From: a virus
DNA length: 64,000 nt
Direction: 5' to 3' (one strand)
Virus record (IMG/VR): IMGVR_UViG_3300037502_004185
Location: 1 to 64,000 of that record
Part shown: positions 1 to 9,281 of the stretch, piece by piece
How the letters are laid out: every line of letters begins with the position of its first letter
Numbering within the stretch: the first letter of the stretch is position 1
Made by a program: the position numbers and the translations under genes
The notes under the pieces: generated by a model
Database searches by the model: none
Seen by the model: only the letters and a program-made list of their open reading frames with translations
What the model was told of the DNA's origin: nothing

Positions 1-1776
1 ATGAAAATTGAGGAACGTATTTATAAGTTGCTCCAAGAATCTAGCTTTCCAAGCATAGTTTTGCTAGATGGGCACTGGGGAGTTGGTAAAACGTATTTTG
101 TAAAGCAGACCTTGATGCCCTATTTGAAGAATAAGTACAAAGCCACACATAAGAGTCATTACCTCTCTTTATACGGTGTTTCGGATCTGGATGATTTTAA
201 AACTCGGCTGCTTTCTCTTGTGTACAGTCGTAATGAACAAACAGGGTGGTTCGCAAAGCACTATAGTGGTGTAGGCGATTTTGCAATGCAAACACTAGAG
301 GGAACTAGAGGGGTGGGGAAAGCGCTTGGTAATGTTGGTTCAATTGTAAAGCAACATTACTTTAATCAGTTGAATGATCGAGTATTATTCATTGACGATC
401 TAGAGCGCCTTTCTAACGAAAATGTAAAGTCAGAGATATTGGGCGAATGCTTAAACCTATGTGAAAATAAGAATATAAAAATCGTTGTCATTGGAAATCA
501 GGGAAAGATAGAGAAGAAGGCAGACATCGAAAAAGTGTTTAGTGACATAGTGCACTTAAGTCGAACTCCTACCGATTTAATGTCAGTTGTCGATCAAATC
601 TATATTGAAGAAAAGACCTTACCAAATGAGGCGAAGCAAATTATTGAAGACATGCTTCGCAAGTATGAGGTAGATAATATTCGCATAATTAGGCGCGCTA
701 TAGATCGTTTTTATGCCATAAGTAATCTCTTTATTCGAAAGGAAGAACTGGACTATAGACAAATCGATGAACACAATCTTATTACATCACTAGCGACATG
801 CTTCGCTATCTTCCATCATGAATTTTCCTTGGACGAGGTCTTGCAAGCCCTAGATGAAAATCCACTCATCCATAGGAAAAAAAAGGGGGAAACTGAGCAA
901 GATAAAAGAATAGAGTTGCTCAGAAGTTTAATCCATCCTCTTAGGCCTCACACCACCGATAGCCACGTAAGATATATAGCAGCTTATGATAACAGGTTTA
1001 AAGATTTAGAAACCGAGATGAAGTTGCCTGTAGCAACTGATGACATTCAAGAAATATTGGATTATCAGTTTCGTAGACATGACGACTTGTGGTTGTCAGA
1101 GCGGCTGACAAGATTTAAGCAATACATAGACAACCCAAAACCAACGGACTTTGTCAATTGGTGTAGAGCCTGTAGTGCCTATTCCTTTATGATAGAAAAC
1201 AGGTATATAGAATATGATTTCGACGAGTTTGTTTCTAATATCAAGAAAGTTTTTGATAAGTTCATATTTGAGTCAACAGCGCATGTGAATATGCTTTGTA
1301 GAGATATCGGATACTATGTACACGACAGTCATTTGCTAAACGTAATATCTGAATTTTTACGCGATAAAGCTACTGGTATGCAGGCCAGTGAAATGGCAGT
1401 CTACAGAGAGCAGTTAGTGCAGTCTTGGCAGAGCTGTGCTGAAGTTACCGAACAAAAGTACGGCTCCAAACCTTTCCTACAACACCTCCAAAAGAAAGAT
1501 TTTGATCAGATGATAACAAATTGGTCAAGCGGGGAGCTTTATGACTTTTCTAGTTTCATGTATCGACGTTATGACTTTAGCAATATTGAGGATTTTCTTT
1601 CGGAAGAGCTTGACGCTCTTGCCCTGCTTTGTGAGTGCATCGAGAATGAAAGAGAAAGATTACCTTACGGGGCTAAATTAGGAGTTTTAACTGAGCTCGC
1701 ATCTAAAATATCCTCAATTCATGAGCGGCTTGGCAATAATTTGGAGTTAAAGTCAGGGGGGGGCGGTTCGTCTTGA
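1..1776 (+). CDS. KAP-family P-loop NTPase (candidate anti-phage/exclusion protein)
   Basis: Walker A LLDGHWGVGKT and Walker B VLFIDDLER typical of KAP NTPases; AT-rich gene. Confidence 0.8.
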   Translation: MKIEERIYKLLQESSFPSIVLLDGHWGVGKTYFVKQTLMPYLKNKYKATHKSHYLSLYGVSDLDDFKTRLLSLVYSRNEQTGWFAKHYSGVGDFAMQTLEGTRGVGKALGNVGSIVKQHYFNQLNDRVLFIDDLERLSNENVKSEILGECLNLCENKNIKIVVIGNQGKIEKKADIEKVFSDIVHLSRTPTDLMSVVDQIYIEEKTLPNEAKQIIEDMLRKYEVDNIRIIRRAIDRFYAISNLFIRKEELDYRQIDEHNLITSLATCFAIFHHEFSLDEVLQALDENPLIHRKKKGETEQDKRIELLRSLIHPLRPHTTDSHVRYIAAYDNRFKDLETEMKLPVATDDIQEILDYQFRRHDDLWLSERLTRFKQYIDNPKPTDFVNWCRACSAYSFMIENRYIEYDFDEFVSNIKKVFDKFIFESTAHVNMLCRDIGYYVHDSHLLNVISEFLRDKATGMQASEMAVYREQLVQSWQSCAEVTEQKYGSKPFLQHLQKKDFDQMITNWSSGELYDFSSFMYRRYDFSNIEDFLSEELDALALLCECIENERERLPYGAKLGVLTELASKISSIHERLGNNLELKSGGGGSS

Positions 1777-1823
1777 CAAAGGATGGTATGGCCAGTTCTC
1801 TTCAATTGTCATCGCCTCTCATT

Positions 1824-1848
1824 AAGCCACCAGCACGGTGGCTTTTTT
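1824..1848 (+). terminator. Intrinsic terminator containing a Chi octamer
   Basis: AAGCCACC-loop-GGTGGCTT followed by a T tract. Confidence 0.8.
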
Positions 1849-1932
1849 GTATTTAGATTTAATCGGCATAAAGACTCTAATCGCGCTTTGGCTTAAGCGT
1901 ATGCTTGTATATAATCCAGTCTCACTCTCATT

Positions 1933-1981
1933 TGTCTACAAGTGTTGACACGTGCACATTATGTGTCTACACTTGTGGACA
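1933..1981 (+). promoter_or_regulatory. sigma70 promoter embedded in a 19-bp inverted-repeat operator (TA autoregulation)
   Basis: TTGACA(1945)-17 bp-TACACT(1968); arms TGTCTACAAGTGTTGACAC / GTGTCTACACTTGTGGACA match 17/19. Confidence 0.7.
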
Positions 1982-2030
1982 TGGTAAGGTTTTCTTACCT
2001 AACTACGTTTACGTAGTTTGTTCTTTGAAA

Positions 2031-2300
2031 ATGAGATCTATCAACCTTGTCTATGGAGGAAAGCTTATAAACTATCACTCTGATAAAGACGTAAACAAGG
2101 CAATTGTTTACGCCGTGGGAAAGGGTTGGCGCTTTGTAAAAAAGGGAAACGGCCATACGGTTGCATACCTTTACTGCACAAGCGATTCGGACGGAAAGCA
2201 TGAAGAAGTTAAATGTTACATCGCTATCTTCGGCAGCCCTAAGAACCCAACCAACCATGCTAACAAAATCAGAAAGGCCGTTGACGGTCATTCTTGTTAA
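2031..2300 (+). CDS. HicA-like toxin (start uncertain: ATG 2031 or ATA 2067)
   Basis: GWRFVKKGNGH...LYC...IFGSPKNPTNHANKIRK pattern; upstream of a HicB-like gene. Confidence 0.6.
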   Translation: MRSINLVYGGKLINYHSDKDVNKAIVYAVGKGWRFVKKGNGHTVAYLYCTSDSDGKHEEVKCYIAIFGSPKNPTNHANKIRKAVDGHSC

Positions 2301-2396
2301 TAAAGGTCGCCAGTGTGGCTGGCGACCTTGTTCAGAGAGATAGATAGTATACCTAAGACAATAATAGATTCTCGAACTCAAAGTATGGAGTTTATT

Positions 2397-2930
2397 ATGA
2401 GAGAGTATGAATTTGCGCTAGTTGTATCTAGCGACACACAAGTATCAGGAGAGTTAATCTGTAAATATGCCGACATGCTATTCGAGGCCGGAGCCGAGGA
2501 TTGCACCGTTTCTTCAAAAGGAAATGTTTTAGTTGTAGATTTTGACCGTGAAGCTGACTCATACGAGGAAGCGGTCGTAAGTGCTATTAAGCAAGTAAAT
2601 TCAGTAGATGGACTAACCGTTAAAAGCGTCGATGCTGGCCAATATGTAGGGCTATCAGACGCAGCGGAGTTATCCCAATTAACACGCTCAGCTTTATCTA
2701 AATTTAGCAAAGGCGAACGAGGTGATGGCACATTCCCAACACCTTACTTACGAGTGCAAGGCAAAGCTCCTTTATACGATTGGAGCGAGATTGCACAATG
2801 GCTTGAAAGCAAAGGCTTGGTTGAACAAGGCATTGCAGACAACGCCAAGATCACTGCACAACTTAACATGGCGTTAAAGCTAAAGAACGGCGAGCTAGAA
2901 AACGTATCACGACTAGCATCAATGCTTTAG
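2397..2930 (+). CDS. HicB-like antitoxin with C-terminal AlpA-type HTH
   Basis: LFEAG..D, DFDREADSYEEAVVSAI, then VGLSDAAEL...FPTP...YDWSEIAQWL. Confidence 0.65.
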   Translation: MREYEFALVVSSDTQVSGELICKYADMLFEAGAEDCTVSSKGNVLVVDFDREADSYEEAVVSAIKQVNSVDGLTVKSVDAGQYVGLSDAAELSQLTRSALSKFSKGERGDGTFPTPYLRVQGKAPLYDWSEIAQWLESKGLVEQGIADNAKITAQLNMALKLKNGELENVSRLASML

Positions 2931-2974
2931 CAGTTAGAATAATAACTCCATAGACAAAGTTAGATCTCAAGGTT

Positions 2975-3003
2975 GCCACCAGCACATCGCTGGTGGCTTT
3001 TTT
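2975..3003 (+). terminator. Intrinsic terminator whose stem is an inverted pair of Chi sites
   Basis: GCCACCAGC-acatc-GCTGGTGGC-TTTTTT. Confidence 0.85.
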
Positions 3004-3086
3004 GTATGAACGATACAAAATAATATATTCCAGTTGTTCGGCTAAACCGAACTGCTTATTAAATTTCTTGTTCGGAATCTATTCAA

Positions 3087-3120
3087 TTTAGTTTCATTTC
3101 TCTACAGAACTGAAACTAAC
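3087..3120. repeat. 34-bp palindromic site A (inverted copy at 14347-14380)
   Basis: TTTAGTTTCATTTCT-ctac-AGAACTGAAACTAAC. Confidence 0.85.
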
Positions 3121-3242
3121 CCACCAAATTTTGATTTTTAAGGTACTTTTGACCAGTGCCGGACACTTTTTTTCAACTATTTTTGCTTGGCCATTGACGC
3201 GCGTATTTCGATTTTCTAACTTTAGATTAAAGAAAGAAAAGC

Positions 3243-3491
3243 ATGATAACTATATCAAGTCTTATCGCGCTGGCCATTGCGGTTTATAAGTTGGCCACAC
3301 CAGAACGCATTGAAAGAATTAAACTTTCTATCGAAGCATTCAAAACCTCTAAACAACTGATTAGTGACCTAACCAAGTTTACCAAACAACTGCGGAAGCT
3401 AGTGTTATACGTGGATATTGGTCTGTTCCTAATGGTTCTAATTGACTACGCTGAGTTAATAATCCCAATCGTAGCCAACATCCCAACCTAA
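3243..3491 (+). CDS. Small membrane protein
   Basis: Two hydrophobic segments; own promoter and terminator. Confidence 0.55.
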   Translation: MITISSLIALAIAVYKLATPERIERIKLSIEAFKTSKQLISDLTKFTKQLRKLVLYVDIGLFLMVLIDYAELIIPIVANIPT

Positions 3492-3587
3492 CCCACATGG
3501 TGCGCCTTAATGGTGCGCCTTTTTTTTGGCCTAATTAGCGCCAGTGATACACACAAAATAATCAATTTATATCCACTTGTTAAAAAT

Positions 3588-3598
3588 GTGTTCGGAAT
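3588..3598. promoter_or_regulatory. Putative C1 operator (GTGTTCGGAAT) at an early-operon promoter
   Basis: Motif repeated about 17 times, mostly at promoters. Confidence 0.6.
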
Positions 3599-3677
3599 TT
3601 CATTAATAGATGGTATATTCAAATCGTTGCTAATCCCCTTGTAGTTAAAGGGGATGTTTAGAAACGGGAGTTACCAA

Positions 3678-4424
3678 ATGATTGTCTATAAAGTTGGACG
3701 TTACACATTTTCTGCTGACCTACGCCGATACTCCAAACAAGTCGGCCAAGAGGGCAACTACACACTAGGCTTTTGCACGGTCGAGTACCTACCTAAAGGC
3801 AACGACCTTTACCATCCAGAGCCGAAGCTGATCGACAGCAACAAACCATACGACATTATTGAGTTTGCCCCTAAAGCCAAGATCAACGGCAGCCTGGCAA
3901 TTCAGTGCGAACCAGATAAGCACAACGCGACACAAGCTGAGGAAATTAGCTGGATTGCCATTCAAATTGACGCACCAGATGGCGACTTAGACGGACTCAT
4001 TCGAAGAATCGCAGCGGAGGGCGGCGTAGAGCTTAATGAGCAAATCTTGAGTCAGACCCGAGAAAACATATACATGCGCTACTCAACGCCTACTCAAAGC
4101 GATCCTGCAACGGTTGGCGCGCTTATTCGCAACACATCAACCCTTAAAGCAGACTTCTATTACAAAACCCGTATCGAGTCGCTAGCGAAGCATTTCAACA
4201 CCACAAGCCGACAGGCGGAATGGTTGGTGTTTATCGATAACGGCTCAAAGATGGCTAAGCGTGACGATGGTTGGCATCCAACACTACTCGACCTAGACGA
4301 ACCAGCCACAGAGAAAGAGCTTAATGAGCTGGTGGACGCTGGCGCAATCGCCTTTGATGCAGAGAGCAACACGTACACCAACACTGAAAAAACAACCTTA
4401 GCACTGAGAGAGAACTACCTGTAA
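3678..4424 (+). CDS. Hypothetical protein, first gene of an early operon
   Basis: ORF with GGGAG Shine-Dalgarno. Confidence 0.7.
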   Translation: MIVYKVGRYTFSADLRRYSKQVGQEGNYTLGFCTVEYLPKGNDLYHPEPKLIDSNKPYDIIEFAPKAKINGSLAIQCEPDKHNATQAEEISWIAIQIDAPDGDLDGLIRRIAAEGGVELNEQILSQTRENIYMRYSTPTQSDPATVGALIRNTSTLKADFYYKTRIESLAKHFNTTSRQAEWLVFIDNGSKMAKRDDGWHPTLLDLDEPATEKELNELVDAGAIAFDAESNTYTNTEKTTLALRENYL

Positions 4425-4436
4425 GAGAGCGCCACC

Positions 4437-5120
4437 GTGAACAAGCAAATAAAAATTTACGTACTGACGACCATGAACAAGGAAAGAGTTGAGTTCATGA
4501 AACAGTTACTTAAGAACGTTAACTTTGAATTTGTGGAATCACTAGGCACGGAAGCCTTAAAGGAACTAGAAGCGAAATACGCCCGTAAATCGCTGCGCTA
4601 CAGAAAGAAAGCGTTAATTCTTGGCGAACTTGGCGCATTCAAAACACACGCTATGGCTTGGGAACGCATCGTCAAATCTGGTGAAGCGGGGATCATCATT
4701 GAGGATAGCGCTGATTTCGTTCGTGACGCATCGATCTTGCTAAGCGACGAAGTACGCAACCAAATCAAGGATTGCGGCCTCGTATCCTTTACGGATTACG
4801 AGTACAAGCTGCATCCAGATAGACCAACGCTATTTAGCGATATTCCATTACGCAAGGCGTTCCCAATTCGCTGCTATGGCATAACTCCGCATCGAGCCAA
4901 CGTACTGCTATCTATGCTCAACAAAACGGGCATGGTTTTACCTGTAGACCGTTGGATGGGTACACCTAAGCTATCCGGCCTGTTTGGGTTTATCAGCAAT
5001 ATCGGCGTAGCTATAAGACGAAACACCACCAGCATAGCGAACGTGAGACGAGGCAAGGCGTCTTACAACCCGCTTAATCTGATATTCAGAGCATTCAACA
5101 AGCACAAATACCAATACTAA
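4437..5120 (+). CDS. Glycosyltransferase family 25
   Basis: GELGAFKTH..AW..I, IIIEDSADF, CYGITP..A..LL, LPVDRW motifs. Confidence 0.75.
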   Translation: MNKQIKIYVLTTMNKERVEFMKQLLKNVNFEFVESLGTEALKELEAKYARKSLRYRKKALILGELGAFKTHAMAWERIVKSGEAGIIIEDSADFVRDASILLSDEVRNQIKDCGLVSFTDYEYKLHPDRPTLFSDIPLRKAFPIRCYGITPHRANVLLSMLNKTGMVLPVDRWMGTPKLSGLFGFISNIGVAIRRNTTSIANVRRGKASYNPLNLIFRAFNKHKYQY

Positions 5121-5156
5121 CCACCACCAGCAAATGTGAACAATTAGGAGCAAATT

Positions 5157-5390
5157 ATGACACTTGATGATTTGGTTTTTCTTGTTTGGAAAGACGCAAC
5201 CATTGACGGCAACGAACTACACGGCGTAGTGACGTTAAACGAAATAGAATTACTTGGCCTTGTTCGTGAGGCATTCGAGCGCAAAACTGGCCTTAAGGCT
5301 CAACACATCGAGCTACGCGCCATCACCAGCGAACCAGACGAGTTTTACGCTGGCTTACCACGCATCAAAGTAGGAGAGGACGATGAATAA
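5157..5390 (+). CDS. Hypothetical protein
   Basis: AGGAG SD; operon context. Confidence 0.6.
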   Translation: MTLDDLVFLVWKDATIDGNELHGVVTLNEIELLGLVREAFERKTGLKAQHIELRAITSEPDEFYAGLPRIKVGEDDE

Positions 5391-5538
5391 TTTCTCTGAA
5401 TTAACGTGCTTTGATTGCGGTTGTGGCGTTGAAGCTTTTTATCAAGATAACGGCGCACCGTTCTATCAAATCTTCTACTGTCCAGATTGCAAAGACAAAG
5501 CAGTAAGAGAACAGGCCGAGGAACAGGAGGACGAGTAA
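5383..5538 (+). CDS. Small CxxC..CxxC zinc-finger protein (51 aa, not in ORF track)
   Basis: MNNFSELTCFDCGCG...YCPDCKDK; overlaps both neighbours; strong SD. Confidence 0.65.
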   Translation: MNNFSELTCFDCGCGVEAFYQDNGAPFYQIFYCPDCKDKAVREQAEEQEDE

Positions 5539-5783
5539 TGCCTAAAATCATCATTGAAATCACGCAACCAACAGACCACAGCGGCGTTGTTACCTTACCA
5601 GAAGCAGGAGCGGTTGCTACTGCATTAAATGTGGAAATTTTCGTTGAGAACGACGACAGACAAAAGCTAGCCACACTGGTAGCCGATAAGCTGGCAGACG
5701 TATACACAGCAACGATACAAACAGGTATTAAGGCGGCGGTTGATTCTGTTCTAAAGGACAGCATTCAAGACAAAACATGTTAA
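5538..5783 (+). CDS. Hypothetical protein
   Basis: TAATG coupling; GGAGG SD. Confidence 0.6.
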   Translation: MPKIIIEITQPTDHSGVVTLPEAGAVATALNVEIFVENDDRQKLATLVADKLADVYTATIQTGIKAAVDSVLKDSIQDKTC

Positions 5784-6136
5784 TCAACGGCATTGAAGTT
5801 ACACGCGCATTGATCATAAGAAAGCCGTGGATTCATCTTATCCTCGCTGGCTTAAAGGTTTGGGAAATGCGCTCTACCAAAACCAAAATCCGAGGCACCA
5901 TTGCCCTAATTGAACAGGGCACTGGTTTAATCGTTGGTCTAGCGAACTTAACCGACTCTTTAGAGCCTCTATCGCATGCAGAATTGATGGCCAACTTTGA
6001 TAAACACAAGGTCGATTATGACGCTATGCCTGAGCTGGCTAAATGGCGTTGCCCTTGGGTTTTGGAGAACGTACAGCGCATTGAACCAACCCCTTATGAG
6101 CACAAGGTAGGCGCTGTTATTTGGGTAAATATCTAG
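5777..6136 (+). CDS. ASCH-domain protein
   Basis: ALIIRKPW..LIL.G.K.WEMRS..T.IRG signature. Confidence 0.85.
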   Translation: MLINGIEVTRALIIRKPWIHLILAGLKVWEMRSTKTKIRGTIALIEQGTGLIVGLANLTDSLEPLSHAELMANFDKHKVDYDAMPELAKWRCPWVLENVQRIEPTPYEHKVGAVIWVNI

Positions 6137-6145
6137 GAGAAACCA

Positions 6146-6388
6146 ATGGCTCGCTGGTGGAAGAAAACCAAATACACGATCGAGTACAAAGGCTATGTGT
6201 TTGAGTACGACACAGCCGAGGAACTAGGGCGCATGGTGGCGCAATCTGGCTGCGGCATGGAAAACCCTTTCGACCCTAACACAGTGGAATACGACCAGTT
6301 CTTTGACAGCTGCGCAGCAACCAAGGAAGAAATGGCCAAGACGGCCAAGATAGCGAGAAATGGCGAAGTGCCGATCGCCTTGCTTTGA
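6146..6388 (+). CDS. Hypothetical protein
   Basis: AGGAG SD. Confidence 0.6.
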   Translation: MARWWKKTKYTIEYKGYVFEYDTAEELGRMVAQSGCGMENPFDPNTVEYDQFFDSCAATKEEMAKTAKIARNGEVPIALL

Positions 6389-6549
6389 TAAACAGTGCCG
6401 TCCATTAAGAATTGTTTCATATATAGCTCAAATTATTTGAAAGAGCATTGATAGGTAATATTAGTTTCTTGATTGAGGGCAAGCAAATGCATAGTATTTC
6501 GGGCGGCAATTGCCAACAAAAATTCTAAATAACAAAGAGTAAGAATCGA

Positions 6550-7047
6550 ATGTTTGCTATAAAACTTTTCATAATGTTATTCGTTATAGCGCCAGTGGTG
6601 GCTTATTGGTCATTTCAGGCTGGAGGTCATATCATCCCTAGTGATGGTGATTTCAATTATTGGGGAGCCATCATTACGTCAATCATCACCACGATTGCAG
6701 CGCTCTGGTATATGGGGAAGTACGAGGATTCACGCCTTATAAAGCGCGCTAATAGCTTAGGTGTTAATTCAGAATATGTATCGCTGTATGGTGATAATGG
6801 CCTAATAATCGATAACGCCAACAAAAAGATATTTGCTGGAACCAAAAAGAACGGAAAGGTCTTCAATTACGATGACGTTTCTAGCATTGAACGAGAGGAC
6901 GTTCCCTTTGGTAGAATGAAAAAGTGTGTAATTCACATTAACACTCTAGACTTCGACACGCCAAGAGTAACCGTCGGATATTCTGATTCTAGCGCTCAGC
7001 GAGATCGAGCATTCTCCAAGCTAAGAGCGGCATTAAAGATTAGTTAA
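6550..7047 (+). CDS. Membrane protein with cytoplasmic PH-like domain (moron-like)
   Basis: Two TM helices, beta-rich C-terminus, own terminator. Confidence 0.5.
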   Translation: MFAIKLFIMLFVIAPVVAYWSFQAGGHIIPSDGDFNYWGAIITSIITTIAALWYMGKYEDSRLIKRANSLGVNSEYVSLYGDNGLIIDNANKKIFAGTKKNGKVFNYDDVSSIEREDVPFGRMKKCVIHINTLDFDTPRVTVGYSDSSAQRDRAFSKLRAALKIS

Positions 7048-7196
7048 TGCTAACCAAACAAAAAAACACCGCCCATCGAGGCGGTGTTTTTGCATCTACG
7101 CGAACCAAACCCTATAGCATTGATTCAACAACTACTTTTACCCACCAATTGCTGTTAATGTGTAGCTCAAACAACGCCACCAGCAAGGGAAATAAC

Positions 7197-7619
7197 GTGA
7201 ACGATAGAATTAATTTGGACAAGGTACTCGACCAGCTAACCAATATGAGCCCTGACCGCTTAGAGAAAACCATGCAGAAGTTCAACCTAGCCCAAGAAAG
7301 ACAACGGGCAGCTCAAGAAGATAGAGAGGCCAAGGAATCAGGCATCGAGCGCATTACTCTGTTCTTTGCTGGTGGCCATAAGGCACTACTGGTGAAGCCT
7401 AACCCATTAACAGGAACATGGCTGCTGAATCTATACGGAGCTGGCACAGTTACCGCGCCGCAGGATGTGAACGTAGAATTTGAGGTAACAGACCACTTTA
7501 CTGAGCTGTTTCGTTTCTCGATGACGTTCAATGGATTTACCTATTGGCACGACCTTATAGACGAGTCGATGGCGCAAGAGTTGGCATCATTTCTGAACGT
7601 TCCTTTGCAGGTGCAGTGA
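7197..7619 (+). CDS. Hypothetical protein
   Basis: GTG start after AAGGGA. Confidence 0.55.
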   Translation: MNDRINLDKVLDQLTNMSPDRLEKTMQKFNLAQERQRAAQEDREAKESGIERITLFFAGGHKALLVKPNPLTGTWLLNLYGAGTVTAPQDVNVEFEVTDHFTELFRFSMTFNGFTYWHDLIDESMAQELASFLNVPLQVQ

Positions 7620-7811
7620 GTCTCACTGGTAAAAGTTGGTCAAAATGCGCCTTTAAGGGCGATGATTTACGACCTAATCACATCATATAGTCATATTTGG
7701 GGTTGGTTTTCTGTTTCGGTGTGAATGCGTCAGGGAAAACAAAACCCCAACGTGAACCCACTTTGAAAAATAAAGTAAAATGTCCCAATCGAAAAAGATA
7801 AAGGATAAAAG

Positions 7812-8306
7812 ATGACTTGGACAGGCTTTACTATTGATGGCAATTTCTACGACCTTTCTCACCTGCAAAGCTCTGAGCACTATGTCATGGTTGATGGTCA
7901 AGAAGTAAAGCTGCACGTTAGCTACTCTAACCACTGCTTTACTGACCAAAAAGAAAATGGAGCGATGCTTTTTAAAAAGGAGCAACGCTATTGGTGCCAT
8001 GAGCGCTACGCCAGAAGCAAAGAGCTGCCCAACCTAATTCAGAACAACCTTATAGAACACTATGCAGTGCCATATCTCTCCAAGAAAGGAGAGTCCTATC
8101 ACTACATGGAAGCTTATGACTATGCGATTTTCTTTAGTTTGACGAAGCCGCACGGAACAACTGGCGAATTAAAGATGAAGGTCAATTCAGCGTATGAGCT
8201 TGATGAGTGGGGACGCGGCACATTACCCAAAGGCAAGCCAAAGAGGGTTAGCTGGATACTTTCGCAAAGGCTGCAAGGCAAGTCGATTCTGAATAGAAAG
8301 CGCTAG
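7812..8306 (+). CDS. HtrC/YjaZ-like protein (possible RNase toxin)
   Basis: W..F...YDLSHL, VSYSNHCFT, R.WC..RY, KVNSAY motifs resemble E. coli HtrC/YjaZ as recalled. Confidence 0.6.
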   Translation: MTWTGFTIDGNFYDLSHLQSSEHYVMVDGQEVKLHVSYSNHCFTDQKENGAMLFKKEQRYWCHERYARSKELPNLIQNNLIEHYAVPYLSKKGESYHYMEAYDYAIFFSLTKPHGTTGELKMKVNSAYELDEWGRGTLPKGKPKRVSWILSQRLQGKSILNRKR

Positions 8307-8557
8307 ATATGAAAAAAGCGCCTAAATGGCGCTCTTTCATACGGAAATATAAATCTGGTCTGGTCTTTGTTTATTGGATTATCCTGTTCACTGACTAGGG
8401 GAGTCACCTCCGACACCAACACCCTCTAAAAGAGTTCCAGTATGTGTTAGCAAGTTAATTATCACGATACTCCGTATCATTTGCCAATAGTTTATACCTA
8501 TCAATTATCATAATTGATAATTCTTGGATAGTTACAACCTATATAAGATAAGGAGAA

Positions 8558-8965
8558 TTAAACACACATTCGTTGGGATACGTTACCGGAGCTGGTGGTC
8601 ACTCGGCCACGAACGCGACCACATACCACATCGCCCGAACCTGTACGAACATCCCCGCCAACGTCTCCGCATTTCACGTTACCCGAGCCAGTGTTAATTG
8701 ACCTTGCCTCATTGCATTGGACACTACCCGAACCAGCATCAATATCGCCTACATCGCCGTTGATATGGATGTTGATATTAACGCTCTTAATATCTTCTTG
8801 TAGCTTGCCGTCCACAAAGACACGACCATCGTTATCTATCGAGATAGAATTACCCTTATAGACCTTGCCGTTGATTCTGATTTCGCTACCAGCGCTAATA
8901 CTTGAGATAGATGCAGCTACTTTTGAAAATCGCAGCTTGCCAAACAGTCTACTTAACCAAGACAT
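8558..8965 (-). CDS. Beta-solenoid (DUF4097/adhesin-like repeat) protein
   Basis: Repeated [TV]GSG[DN]V.CG.V.G units. Confidence 0.6.
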   Translation of the reverse strand: MSWLSRLFGKLRFSKVAASISSISAGSEIRINGKVYKGNSISIDNDGRVFVDGKLQEDIKSVNINIHINGDVGDIDAGSGSVQCNEARSINTGSGNVKCGDVGGDVRTGSGDVVCGRVRGRVTTSSGNVSQRMCV

Positions 8966-9279
8966 ATCAATCCCCCTTTAACGTTTCGATTGGCCTCAAG
9001 CCTCTCGATAAAATCTCTCTGATACGGTTTTAGTTCGAATTGGCCACACGCTTTGACAAAGGCCGTTAGGCTCGGTATTTCGCGCTTAAAGCTGTTGTAC
9101 TGGCGCATAACTTGGCGCGAATACGTCTTACCGCTCCGACCATCGAACAGGCCACCAGCAACGGCGGCCTTTTTGTTTAATGCACTGGCTACACTGACGG
9201 CCAATAAAGACTTTCTATGAATGGCCAGCTCGCTATCGTAATCATCACAAATCACGATGGTTGCTTGTCGTCCTCTCAC
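8953..9279 (-). CDS. Small protein carrying scrambled terminase-ATPase-like motifs
   Basis: RGRQATIVICDD, GRSGKT, ELKPYQRDFIERL. Confidence 0.5.
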   Translation of the reverse strand: MRGRQATIVICDDYDSELAIHRKSLLAVSVASALNKKAAVAGGLFDGRSGKTYSRQVMRQYNSFKREIPSLTAFVKACGQFELKPYQRDFIERLEANRNVKGGLICLG

Positions 9280-9281
9280 TC

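Noticed and set aside
1755-1765. Poly-G tract as a phase-variation switch
   Set aside because: It falls in the last codons of the KAP gene, so slippage would change only the extreme C-terminus.
3087-3120. 34-bp site as a dif/Xer site or loxP itself
   Set aside because: The arms match neither the XerC/XerD consensus nor the loxP sequence.
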